From contig OZ024750.1 in assembly GCA_964016885.1 (NCBI GenBank), forward strand, positions 14,942,001-15,006,000: a stretch of 64,000 nucleotides of DNA, in the 5' to 3' direction. Shown here one piece after another: positions 31,054 through 43,620 of this stretch (within the stretch, counting starts at the first letter, position 1; every line of letters begins with the position of its first letter). Origin of the DNA: Eledone cirrhosa. Lineage: Eukaryota. Under the pieces are notes generated by a model. It worked only from the letters and a program-made list of their open reading frames with translations, made no database searches and had not been told where the DNA came from. The position numbers and the translations under genes are program-made.

Positions 31054-31096
<43 letters not shown>

Positions 31097-31120
31097 AATA
31101 TATATATATATATATATTTA

Positions 31121-31194
<74 letters not shown>

Positions 31195-31349
31195 CACACC
31201 CACACACACACAAATATATATATATATATAGAGTACCAAAAATATATATATATAAGCGTACCAAAAATATTGGTACCCTTGAAATATATATAATAAAAAG
31301 AATATGGGTTTTATAAAGATAGTTTCCATTTATTAATATTATTGATATT

Positions 31350-31425
<76 letters not shown>

Positions 31426-31560
31426 CAAAGAGTTATTTAATTTGTTGGTTATTCAACAAATTTATTTATAACAGATTCGAAGCACTCTACAGATTTTCTT
31501 CTGGAGTATAATATCAATAATATTAATAAATGGAAACTATCTTTATAAAACCCATATTTT

Positions 31561-31618
31561 TTTTATTATATATATTTCAAGGGTACCAACAATTTTGGTA
31601 CGCCCTCATCAGATAAAA
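31561..31618 (-). ncRNA. Minimal type I hammerhead ribozyme (same family as 8786)
   Basis: Reverse complement reads UUUUAU-CUGAUGA-GGGCGUACCAA-AAUUG-UUGGUACCCUU-GAAA-UAUAUA-UA/AUAAAA. Confidence 0.75.
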
Positions 31619-31720
31619 TACAAAAGTTGTTTTATAGATAGTGACATATCCCAAAACAATTCAAACTATTCAGATAAGTTCTTGTTTTTGGATATGTCAC
31701 TATCTATAAAACAGCTTTTG

Positions 31721-31781
31721 TATTTTATCTGATGAGGGCGTACCAAAAATGTGGTACCCTTGCAATATATATAATAGAATA
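31721..31781 (+). ncRNA. Hammerhead ribozyme copy with core mutation GAAA to GCAA (probably inactive)
   Basis: Inverted copy of 31561-31618; CTGATGA at 31729-31735, GCAA at 31762-31765. Confidence 0.6.
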
Positions 31782-31812
31782 AATTTGGTTTTATAAAGAT
31801 AGTTTCCATTTA

Positions 31813-31881
<69 letters not shown>

Positions 31882-32394
31882 TATATATAGGCATATATAA
31901 ACATTATAGAAATTTATATAATTAATGATATTAAATTTGAAACCAATTCAGATTTTATCTTTTTAATAATAAATATTTGAAATGTAAAAAACCTGATTGA
32001 AATAAATAGTTTCTGTTATTGAAATATATTAATGAAAATTCTTCTCATGCAGATGTATATATAGAAATTATAGACAAAGAAGCGCAGTTGATGTTTTCCT
32101 ATAAATTGAATACTTGTAAAGAAAGTTTACATAAAGTGTCGATGAATAATACAGGAGGATTTCAAGGTAGCTTTTTACTCCTAACGTAAATGGCATTATT
32201 AATAAACGTAGACCTGTTCATTTGACTTGATATGGTGATATGATATGTACATCAAAGTATATCATTTGAAAAAGACAAATTTATAGTCTATTTCATGCCA
32301 GTACGTTTTGAGTGAGTGTCACTTATGATAGATTAACAAATCTTGAAACAGCGCTGTCAGACATTCTTAGAACATAGTGGAAACTGTGTGATAT

Positions 32395-32762
32395 TCTCCA
32401 AGTACCGGTCGCTCTCCGACAGGTTTGCGGTCATGCCCTTGGCAGTTGAGACTTCTGGTGTCCTTGGCCCTAGGGCTACCTCCCTACTCACCACCATAGG
32501 CGCTGAGCTGGCCAACCGCACGTGTGAGTCTCGCGAGATGGAATGGCTCTCCCAGCGCATCTCCCTTACCATCGTCCGGGGAAACGTCTTCTCCATTCTG
32601 TCCGCGGGGGCTGTGGTGAGGCCAGCCACGTGGGACCCCATTTGCTCACCATACAGAGAGATGGGGAGGGTGAGAGAGATGGAGGCGATGACAGTAGGAG
32701 TTCGGCTCTTCCACGCTCGGACCATATCCTTGTGGTTGTGTTTATTATCTATATAGAAAATT
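32395..32762 (+). mobile_element. 5'-truncated CRE-like non-LTR retrotransposon (C-terminal restriction-like endonuclease region plus 3' UTR) with TSD
   Basis: KYRSLSDRFAVMPLAVETSGVLGPRATSLLTTIGAELANRTCESREMEWLSQRISLTIVRGNVFSIL; 13-bp TSD AACTGTGTGATAT at 32382-32394 and 32763-32775. Confidence 0.8.
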
Positions 32763-34466
32763 AACTGTGTGATATATTCACCGTGGGATTTCGTTACGAA
32801 AAAAAATATTTCCCCTCTGGCAACGAGGCTACTCTACCCATATGTTTATTGTATATAAACATATGGGTAGGGTAGCCTAGTTGCCAGAGGAAAAAATATT
32901 TTTTATATATCTTTATATATGTTTTCATATACACCTCTAAATGAATACGAGTTATTCTGTTTTTATTTTGTTAACCAAAAGTAAATATTCTCCTATGGTG
33001 TACACGCGCATGAAAAGCGTCCCACTTGGACGTTGGCACAGCTAAATGCTTTTAAATGAGTAGAATAACAGCATATGTTATTTTCTGAAGTCATTAAAAA
33101 GGTATCAAAAACATGATTATCTGGTTCACACTGATGTAGTGTTTTATTACAACAATGTAATATTTTTCATATAGAAAATTATCTGTATGCAAGGACCCGT
33201 AACTCCTGATGGAGTCGTAAGCGCGCCGTCACGACATACGGTGTATCTAGGGCAATTAAACCTGGTGGAACCCACCCCCTTTCCAGCTGATTTATTCAAG
33301 AGAAAGAGAGAGAGAGAGGGAGAGAGAGAGAGAAAGAGAAAGAGAAAAAGAGTGAGAGAAAAAGGGTGAGAGAGAATAAGATAGAAAGAGAAGGGAATTC
33401 AGAAAAGGAGAAGGGAAGTAAGAAAAAGAGAAAAAATGTTTGAAAGAGATACAGAGGGAAAATGAACTCATACAGGAATGCTACTTTGACTTTCATCCTT
33501 TTGAGGTTGATAAAACAAAGTTGACTTCTGAAGGATTTGAACTCAGAGTACAGAAAACCAGATTGAATACCATAAAACATTCTATCTGACGTTCTAACGA
33601 CTCAGTTGGGAAAAAAATAAACATGAATAGCCAAACGTGTGTTCAGGGCTGTTAAATTTAGAGAGAATTTTATTAGAGAGAATTGTTACAACAGAAGTTT
33701 AGTTGTAATTTAAAAACTGGTATTAAATAACCAAACATTATAATAGCAATTATTTAGTTTTATGGCTGTTCTGCTTTGGTTTTAGACCAACCAATCTTTT
33801 ACTATTTAATTTTCTTTTGTTTTATTGTTAATTTAATGATTATTATTAAATTTAGCTCACGTTTGCAAATATGTTTGGATGTATGTGATGTGTGACTATA
33901 TGTATGTATATATATATGTATGTATGTTCTTCTGGTTTTATAATTTCACAAATTTTTGCCAATAGAGAGAGAGTCGGTTTCTAACATAGACACAAGACAC
34001 TCTCATTGGAATTTACACAACATCAACTAGGTAGATATGTATGTATGTCTGCATGTGTAGATATGGATGTTATTGTATGTGTGTATGTATGTATGTATGT
34101 ATGTATATGATGCGTGGGCATTTATATGTAAATAATATATGAGTATATGATTGTATGTATATGATGTGACAGCATATATATATACATATATATACATATA
34201 CATATATATATATATATATATCTATATATATATATATATGTGTATATATACATACATATGAGTATATGTATGTATGTATATGATTTATGAGCATATATAT
34301 ATGTATATATATATGGGGTGTGAGCATATGTATATATGTGCATATATATATATGGTGTGTGAGAGTATGTATGAAAGTATATATATATATATATATGGTG
34401 TGTGAGCTTATGTGTATATGTATGTATATATATATATATATGTATGGTGTGTGAGCATATGTATGA

Positions 34467-34497
<31 letters not shown>

Positions 34498-34639
34498 CAT
34501 ATGGTGTGAGAGCATATGTATTAGAATGCGCAGCCTTTCCCTAAAATAAAATGATCTACAAACATAATTCAATTGTATGTAAACACCCAAATTTTATTTG
34601 CATAATTTAAATACGAATAAATGTATTATGTTGGGTATG

Positions 34640-34765
34640 TACAGGAACGAGGAAACTCTTGACTAGAAAGTCACCTAGATTTTTATCCATTTTGAACGAC
34701 AAAAATGAAGGATTAGGAAAGATAGAGGTGGTTCCGGGAGTGGTTTTGTAGAAAGCAGAGGTGGA
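34640..34765 (-). pseudogene. Penelope-like element ORF remnant (RT to GIY-YIG linker)
   Basis: PGTTSIFPNPSFLSFKMDKNLGDFLVKS resembles the IFPxPPxxSFxRxxNLxDxLVxS linker of PLEs (recalled pattern, not searched). Confidence 0.5.
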
Positions 34766-35123
34766 TGTGCTGAAACAGCCAAATTGCAGGGCTAAAAATA
34801 AAGAGAAAGAAGGGAGAGTGTGTAGCACGAATGCAGAAATGTGATACAAGAAATGGATCCAGTGGAGGTTTACCCGGGCACGAAGAAAAATATAATATTT
34901 GCTTTGATTCAATATCAATGTCAGATTATTTGCTGTAGAGGCAGTGGAACTGGAGGAATTTTGACAGAAGATTGGCAGAATTGGTGCCCGAGCGATTGAA
35001 GTAGAATTGAAAACGAGTAGGTTTCCAGTAGACCGATGTAGAGAGGTAGATGGTGTCGAGAGCGAGAGAAACATTTAGGAATATGATATGCGTGCATTAG
35101 AGATGATGATGGAGGTGAATATT

Positions 35124-35411
35124 TGTTACTTGTTATGTCCTTAAGGATAAACGAATACACTGCAACAGTGTAATAACAATATAATCGAAACAAACGGCAA
35201 TAACCACACGTAACGGAACAACAATCTTTTAAGAACCAACAAGCCAACAAGCCAGCACGCTAACTCGAACTGTGAACTTTAACTCCAGCTTTGACTATCA
35301 ACACACAAACTGTGGAACTAGTACCAACTTGCTCACTTACTTAGGTCGTTATCATTTATATGTAGTGGTCCAGCCCATTCTCGCCAGGGGGCGCCGTACT
35401 CTCGCTCAACA
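35124..35411 (-). mobile_element. Solo LTR, 288 bp (BEL/Pao- or gypsy-like)
   Basis: TGTT...AACA termini, 5-bp TSD ATATT (35119-35123 and 35412-35416), TATAAA on the minus strand at 35355-35360. Confidence 0.68.
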
Positions 35412-35557
35412 ATATTAGTGAGCGATTTTAGCATGGGAATATATTTTTTAATATTTCTGCGTTATACAGATGTCACATAACCGTATGTTGTTAACAAGTA
35501 AAGATAAAATAAGGTTTGTTATGTGCATTACTTCATATGTTATTAGAAATGGAAGCG

Positions 35558-35799
35558 TTTTTGACTAAAGAAATTTTAGCCTGATAGTGGGGTTTAGAAC
35601 CCTACTATCAGTCTAGGCCGGCAGCCAAAACGATGGCTTGACAATGTCAACTTATGGGCTGGACTTGAACTTTGCTGTTTGAACTCTGCTGCTGGTGATC
35701 GAACTTTGTGGAGAGAGATATCACATGTTAATGCGCAGTCTGCAACTGGAGGAGTATAGAGTCACAAGAGATCAGTCAAAAATTTCTTTAGTCGAAAAA
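35558..35799. mobile_element. MITE-like element with ~20-bp TIRs
   Basis: TTTTGACTAAAGAAATTTT / AAAATTTCTTTAGTCGAAAA; internal hairpin at 35581-35611. Confidence 0.5.
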
Positions 35800-35896
35800 T
35801 ACGGTGAAAGCTTTTATTTCTAATTTCAAACTCGCTCGCTGTTTCAAAACATACTTACTTCATGTATTATTTTGATTGAATATTATGAAGAATGTG

Positions 35897-36228
35897 TAGG
35901 GCGGTGAATTGGCAGTATCGGTAGAGGGTCGGACATGCTTTCCAGCGTAGTTACGTCCCTTTGTGGTCTGAGTTCAAATCCCGCCGAGGTTAACTTTGCC
36001 TTTCATCCTTACGGGGTCGATAAAATAAAGTACCAGTAATGTACTGGGTAATTGGTGGCCTTGTGCCAAAAGTAGAAACAATTATTATTAATGGTGTTAT
36101 GTCCCTTTACGATCTGAGTTCAAATCCCGCCGAGGTTGACTTTGCCTTTCATCCTTACGGGGTCGATAAAATAAAGTACCAGTAATGTACTGGGTAATTG
36201 GTGGCCTTGTGCCAAAAGTAGAAACAAC
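35897..36228 (+). mobile_element. SINE family A dimer (full copy plus 5'-truncated copy) inside one TSD
   Basis: TATGAAGAATGTG at 35884-35896 and 36229-36241. Confidence 0.8.
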
Positions 36229-36658
36229 TATGAAGAATGTGAAGGCTGAACACGTGTGTGGGTTTAATAAATTGCATCACAATGCAGTCACCTTCTGTTA
36301 TTTTATCGTATTGATAGTTGTAATACTTTTGGATATTAGGATCAATATGATTAGTGTCATTTTTGCGAAAGATTCTATGAAGATTGTTTTATATTGCTCT
36401 AACAAGTGTATCGATGAATGTGTAACATTTTATCAAATTACGTGATGTAATAATTCCACAAACACAAGCACATATACACATATGTAATCTAGCACAAATA
36501 TACACACATATTTATATAGAGATAGAACATGTACAAGCAACAGAGAGAGAGAGAGAGAGAATAACCGTATCTGTTATGCTAATCAGTCAACGAGAATACT
36601 AAAAATTCAACAAGTTTCCTTTTAACATACACCGCACGCGTACACCTCCACATACAAT

Positions 36659-36747
<89 letters not shown>

Positions 36748-36784
36748 CACACACAATATATATATATATACAATATATATATAC

Positions 36785-36819
<35 letters not shown>

Positions 36820-38177
36820 GTATACATACCCATATATATATGTGTCTGTATATTTTTATGATTTATAAACGCTGGCATATCAAATACCTTTCAATATATT
36901 CTATGAAAAAGAAAAAGGGATGTAAATTCTAGCAAAATAAGACTGAAGTAAATATACCTCAAGTTTTAAAAAATAGAAAAAAGCTTGGCAGTTGAAAGAA
37001 GCTACAAGATTCATTAGAATAACAAGAGAAACATAAGATTAGGAAAGAGATTCGAATGATTATGACAAAAATTGAAGCAATCGGAATATGAGCTGTAAAC
37101 GTAAAGTATTCCGTTGATAGATGCTAGATGGTTAAATATTCCCTTCATTCTCGACTGATAAAATTGTATTGAATTAATAAGTAGAAGAATAAATAAAATA
37201 AAATAAAAAAATAAGTAAAAAAAAATAATTTCTTTTCTGTTTTTACATTTTCTTTTAAAGCAAAGATTTCAATAAAAATGTCCATTCGTTATTGAAATTT
37301 TTGAACTATTATTCTAAGTCTTTTATATTTATTTAAAAGATTCAAATATCAGTGAAACCTGTTAGAATATTCGCATCTTTTAGCACAAAAGTATTTCATC
37401 GATTTTTGATTTATATTCAGTTTATTTCTGTTGATTCCTTTCTTTATTCAACCAAACGACTGGGATAGAAAAACTTTACACTTGAATATATTGAGACTTA
37501 ATATAAAAGATGTATTTATTAGTGATGTATAAATACGAAAACTCTGTAACTCGGGCTGTATTATATAGTGGGAATCACCAAACAAGTTACAATCCAGGTT
37601 CGATATCCAGTTATTGCTATTTATCATCAAGAGTATTACTAATGAAGACGGTGAATTTTCAGAGTCATTAGAACATTGAATGGAATAAAATGAGTTGCGG
37701 TGTTCGTTCCGGTTCCCTGAGTTCTGAACTCAAAACACGTCGAGGCCAACTTTGCCATTCACTCTTTCGAGATCGATAAAAAAAGTACCAGTCGATTCTT
37801 CCTTTGCAGAGTCATTAGAACGTTTCACTACTACTATTATTTCCACATTTGATAAAATATTTTCTCATTTCTATTTTGATGCACTGACCTCTTTCCATTT
37901 GGATTAGTCACAAATATTCCCACAGTGCTTATATTGGAGAGGAATTCATGGAATAAAATGCGTTGCGGTATTCGTTCTGGTTTTCTACGTTCTGAACTCA
38001 AAACCCGTCGAAGCCAACTTTGCCATTCATCCTTTCGAGGTCGATAAAAAAAGTACCCATCAAGTACTGGGATTGATTCTTGCTCTATATCTCTTTCTCA
38101 TTTCTTCTCTCTCACTTTCTATCTTTCTCTGGAAGAACCTTATAGATAGATAGATCCCTTCGACCACAACTTCCAGA

Positions 38178-38253
<76 letters not shown>

Positions 38254-38733
38254 ATTCTTGTAATGGACTGGCACTTTATTTATCCATCTTGAAAAGATGA
38301 AAGGGAGAATTTGAACTCAGAGCGTAGTGAGCCGGAAAAAATACCGATACATTTTTAATATATGTAGAGAGAGAGCGAGAGAGAGAGAGAGGGAGATAGA
38401 AAGAGAGAGGGAGATAGAGATAGATAGATAGATAGATAGATAGAGAGAGAGAGGGAGATAGATAGAGGGAGATAGAGAGAGATAGATAGATAGAGAGGGA
38501 GAGGGAGATAGAGATAGATAGATAGATAGATAGATAGAGAGAGATGGAGAGAGATAGAGAGAGAGGGAGGTAGAGATAGATATGTTTCTTTTATTTGCCA
38601 CCAGGGCATCAAAAGTGGGACAAGTACAAAGGGGGGAGTTTACACAAAAAGGCGTCCTCATAGATAGATAGATAGATAGAGAGAGAGTCAGAGAGAGAGA
38701 GAGAGAGAGAGATAGAGAGAGAGAGGGAGATAG

Positions 38734-38766
<33 letters not shown>

Positions 38767-39206
38767 TAGAGAGAGAGATAGAGGGAGAGAGAGACAGAGA
38801 TGGACGAGAGAGGAAGTGGTAAAGTGCAGAGTTTATAGATGAACTCATTTTCAAATATCTAATGTAAAAGAAGGGGAATTTATGCAGTTTCAGTGTTGGG
38901 TGTTGCTAGTTGATTGCTTTTGAAAAGAATCTCGTACTAATATAAACTAATATAAACTCCTAGTTTCACTATATATTTATCATATATTAATTAAAGCGGA
39001 AACATTACAACACACAAGACTGCAAAAGACAATAACTGATTCTGATTTATAATTCACTTGACTTGAAAGACAAAATATTGCCCCATTATTTATTGTGATT
39101 TGTTTTAGCATTGTTAATAACGCAATAACGCGAGAGGGGAAGAATTTTATATTGCATACCTCACAGGAACGACAAACGACAGTGTGAGAGATAATATGGG
39201 CTATAG

Positions 39207-39318
<112 letters not shown>

Positions 39319-39357
39319 GTATACATATATATTTGTATATGTATATGTGTATATATA

Positions 39358-39406
<49 letters not shown>

Positions 39407-39549
39407 ATATATACACACATATATATATATGTATATACATATATATGTCTGTGTGTGAGTGTGTGTGAGTATGTGTGTATATATGCATATATATATATAT
39501 ATGTATGTATATACATATATATGTCTGTGTGTGAGTATGTGTGTATATA

Positions 39550-39632
39550 TACAAGGTGTCTCCAAAAAATGTATGCATACTTCAACAGCAAAGTAATCAT
39601 AGCGTATATACAATTTTTGGGGACACTCTGCA
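39550..39632. mobile_element. Tiny Tc1/mariner-like MITE
   Basis: TACAAGGTGTCTCCAAAAAATGTAT / ATACAATTTTTGGGGACACTCTGCA imperfect TIRs in a TA context; related copy at 17204-17282. Confidence 0.55.
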
Positions 39633-39644
39633 TATATATATATA

Positions 39645-39710
<66 letters not shown>

Positions 39711-39806
39711 TATATTATATTATGTATACTCCAGTCCTACAAATTGTAGAGTGCTTCTTATCCGATATCTGCATTGCTTTATTGTACTAGAATAAAACTC
39801 ACCTCC

Positions 39807-39858
<52 letters not shown>

Positions 39859-39960
39859 AGTCCAGAAATATATATACATAGCTCCAGAAATAGCCGTCGA
39901 AACGGCTTGAGCTCTGCCGTCGGGGTCATACTTTTTCCTATATATATACATATACATATA

Positions 39961-40007
<47 letters not shown>

Positions 40008-40344
40008 ACACACGCACACATATTTATGTCTCTATATATATATATGTATATATGTATGTATATATGTATATATATATATATATATATATACTTATATATA
40101 TAAGTATAGGTATGTGTGTGAGTGAGTATACATAAAGTATATGTAAAAATGTATATATATATATATATATATCATAAATGTTTATATATATATATATACA
40201 TACACACACTCACATACGTCACAGAGACAATAGAAGCGCTCATCCTGGGAGGATTACGACTATACTTATTGGTTGGATGTAGTCCAGTATCTAATTTGTG
40301 AAGAAAATATATTGATTTGCATGTCTCTCACATGTTATAATAAT

Positions 40345-42098
40345 TGTTTCTACGTTTGGCACAAGGCCAGCAATTAGCTCAGTGCATTACTGGTACATTA
40401 TTTTATCGACCCCGTAAGGATGAAAGGCAAAGTTAACCTCAGCGGGATTTGAACACAGAACGCAAAAAGCCATAAACTCTGTGCTGCAAAGCTCAGAAGA
40501 AAGAGGTCTGGAAATGTTACTATGAGAAGTTGGGTAAACGAAGAGGGACAACCCCCAGCCACCCCAAGTATCGAAATCGATAATTATATAGTCAAAGAAG
40601 CAATCAGTCAAATGTAAAAGGGAAAAGCTGCTGGACTGTCAAATCATCTGGTGAAGTAGGAGTTAAGCTAGTCATCCCATAGTTAATTAGATAATTGTTT
40701 CTACGTTAGGCACAAGGCCAGCAAATACCCAGTGCATTACTGGTACATTATTTTATCGACCCCGTAAGGATGAAAGGCAAAGTTAACCTCAGCGGGATTT
40801 GAACACAGAACGCAAAAAGCCATAAACTGTGCTGCAAAGCTCAGAAGAAAGAGGTCTGGAAATGTTACTATCAGAAGTTGGGTAAACGAAGAGGGACAAC
40901 CCCCAGCCACCCCAAGTATCGAAATCGATAATTATATAGTCAAAGAAGCAATCAGTCAAATGTAAAAGGGAAAAGCTGCTGGACTGTCAAATCATCTGGT
41001 GAAGTAGGAGTTAAGCTAGTCATCCCATAGTTAATTAGATAATTGTTTCTACGTTAGGCACAAGGCCAGCAATTAGCTCAGTGCATTACTGGTACTTTAT
41101 TTTATCGAGCCCGTTAGGATGAAAGGCAAAGTTAACCTCGGTGGGATTTGAACTCAGAATGGCAAGGGCCGTAACTCTATACGTCAAATGTAGTGGAAGT
41201 TAACTTTTAAAATCTTTTCTATCACCATTGTTACCACGTGACCGATTGTGTGCAATAATTGTTTCTACTTTTTGCACAAGGCCAGCAATTATTCCAGTGT
41301 ATTACTGGTACTTTATTTTATCGAGCCCGTAAGGATGAAAGGCAAAGTTAACCTCGGTGGGATTTGAACTCAGAATGGCAAGGGCCGTAACTCTATACGT
41401 CAAATGTAGTGGAAGTTAACTTTTAAAATCTTTTCTATCACCATTGTTACCACGTGACCGATTGTGTGCAATAATTGTTTCTACTTTTTGCACAAGGCCA
41501 GCAATTATCCCAGTGTATTACTGGTACTTTATTTTATCGAGCCCGTTAGGATGAAAGGCAAAGTTAACCTCGGTGGGATTTGAACTCAGAATGGCAAGGG
41601 CCGTAACTCTATACGTCAAATGTAGTGGAAGTTAACTTTTAAAATCTTTTCTATCACCATTGTTACCACGTGACCGATTGTGTGCAATAATTGTTTCTAC
41701 TTTTTGCACAAGGCCAGCAATTATCCCAGTGTATTACTGGTACTTTATTTTATCGAGCCCGTAAGGATGAAAGGCAAAGTTAACCTCGGTGGGATTTGAA
41801 CTCAGAATGGCAAGGGCCGTAACTCTATACGTCAAATGTAGTGGAAGTTAACTTTTAAAATCTTTTCGATCACCATTGTTACCACGTGACCGATTGTGTG
41901 CAATAATTGTTTCTTACTTTTTGCACAAGGCCAGCAATTATCCCAGTGCATTACTGGTACTTTATTTTATCGAGCCCGTTAGGATGAAAGGCAAAGTTAA
42001 CCTCGGCGGGATTTGAACTCAGATCATAAAGGGCCGTAACTCTTTGTTGAAAAGCATGGCGTCCGACCCTCTACCGATACCTCCGCCAATCCACCGCC
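40345..42098 (-). mobile_element. Composite tandem array of 7 SINE A bodies with two spacer types
   Basis: Two ~350-bp units and four 216-bp units plus a final full-head SINE; bracketed by an 18-bp direct repeat CTCACATGTTATAATAAT (40327-40344 and 42099-42116). Confidence 0.88.
40495..40690 (+). pseudogene. RTE-like LINE ORF2 fragment (duplicated at about 40844-41039)
   Basis: Translates with disruptions as KKEVWKCYYEKL...SIEIDNYIVKEAISQM*KGKAAGLS...KSSGEVGVKLV, resembling the region upstream of the non-LTR RT domain. Confidence 0.6.
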
Positions 42099-42363
42099 CT
42101 CACATGTTATAATAATCTCATAATTACAGCCGTCTATCCTCAGTAACATTGTGTCAAATATGAACTAAGTTAGCGACACAGCCGCCGCCGCCGCCACCAC
42201 GTGTGTCATTTGTATGGCCGTTCAATTTAGTGGGGCATTCTGTTCTATGTTCTATGTATTGTCTGGTCTTGTCTTTGTCTTTTTGCCTTGTGTCATCCTA
42301 CCGTTCATGTCGTAAATACACATGTACGCCACATGTGTATGTATGTATATTCTCATATTCCAT

Positions 42364-42428
<65 letters not shown>

Positions 42429-42594
42429 ATACTTTGGGAGGGTCATGTTGCCAATAAGAAACACACGCACCAGTTGCTTTCTTATTGGCAACATGACCCT
42501 CCCAAAGTATAACAATATCGGTTTCAACACACGATTTCAGATAAAGAATCTTGCTAAACAAATTCAGAAACGAAATATATATATATATATATAT

Positions 42595-42749
42595 ACGTTA
42601 TTCCGGGTTGAATCGGAGGTAACCACAGTAAGTAAGGTACTCAATACATTGCAGAGTATAAAAGTTTTAATATAGATGAGATTCTACAGGACTATGATTT
42701 CTAAAGAATGAAACAGTTCTAGTCCTGTAGAATCTTATCTATATTAAAA

Positions 42750-42788
<39 letters not shown>

Positions 42789-42941
42789 GTTATTCCGGGT
42801 TGAATCGGAGGTAACCACAGTAAGTAAGGTACTCAATACATTGCAGAGTATAAAAGTTTTAATATAGATGAGATTCTACAGGACTATGATTTCTAAAGAA
42901 TGAAACAGTTCTAGTCCTGTAGAATCTTATCTATATTAAAA

Positions 42942-42992
<51 letters not shown>

Positions 42993-43330
42993 GTTATTCC
43001 GGGTTGAATCGGAGGTAACCACAGTAAGTAAGGTACTCAATACATTGCAGAGTATAAAAATTTTAATATAGATGAGATTCTACAGGACTATGATTTCTAA
43101 AGAATGAAACAGTTCTAGTCCTATAGAATCTTATCTATATTAAAACTTATATATATATATATATATATATACGTTATTCCGGGTTGAATCGGAGGTAACC
43201 ACAGTAAGTAAGGTACTCAATACATTGCAGAGTATAAAAGTTTTAATATAGATGAGATTCTACAGGACTATGATTTCTAAAGAATGAAACAGTTCTAGTC
43301 CTATAGAATCTTATCTATATTAAAACTTAT
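42595..43330. repeat. Four tandem ~180-200-bp units, an internally deleted derivative of the 29556-29720 element
   Basis: Units start near 42595, 42787, 42991 and 43171, separated by variable (TA)n. Confidence 0.9.
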
Positions 43331-43555
43331 ATATATATATATATATATATATAACGAAGGAAGAGTGGTAAGGAACCAAGTGGACCATAACGCACCAGAG
43401 TACTCAATACTTAGAGTAGTAGAGTGGGTAACAGGAAAAATGTTTGACCCCGACGGCAGAGCTCAAGCCGTTTCGACGGCTTGATATATATATATATATA
43501 TATATATATTATTCAAAATGTTAATAAATGAAAAATATTCTCATAATCAAAATAT

Positions 43556-43620
43556 ATATTTTATTATACATATTTCAAAGGTACAATGGTGTTTAATTAC
43601 GTTTTCATCAGTCAAAATAT
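43556..43620 (-). ncRNA. Degenerate hammerhead ribozyme (8786/31561 family)
   Basis: Reverse complement reads AUAUUUUGA-CUGAUGA-AAACGUA..UACCUUU-GAAA-UAUGUA-UA/AUAAAAUAU; the first stem I pair is mismatched. Confidence 0.55.

Larger units (their letters stand above)
31256..31822. repeat. Direct plus inverted repeat cluster resembling PLE pseudo-LTRs
   Basis: Inverted arms at about 31504-31662 and 31682-31822, with a truncated third copy at 31256-31354. Confidence 0.85.

Noticed and set aside
40345-42098. CRISPR-like repeat-spacer appearance
   Set aside because: The repeats are ~150-bp SINE bodies, the spacers are themselves repeated, the context is eukaryotic and there are no cas genes.
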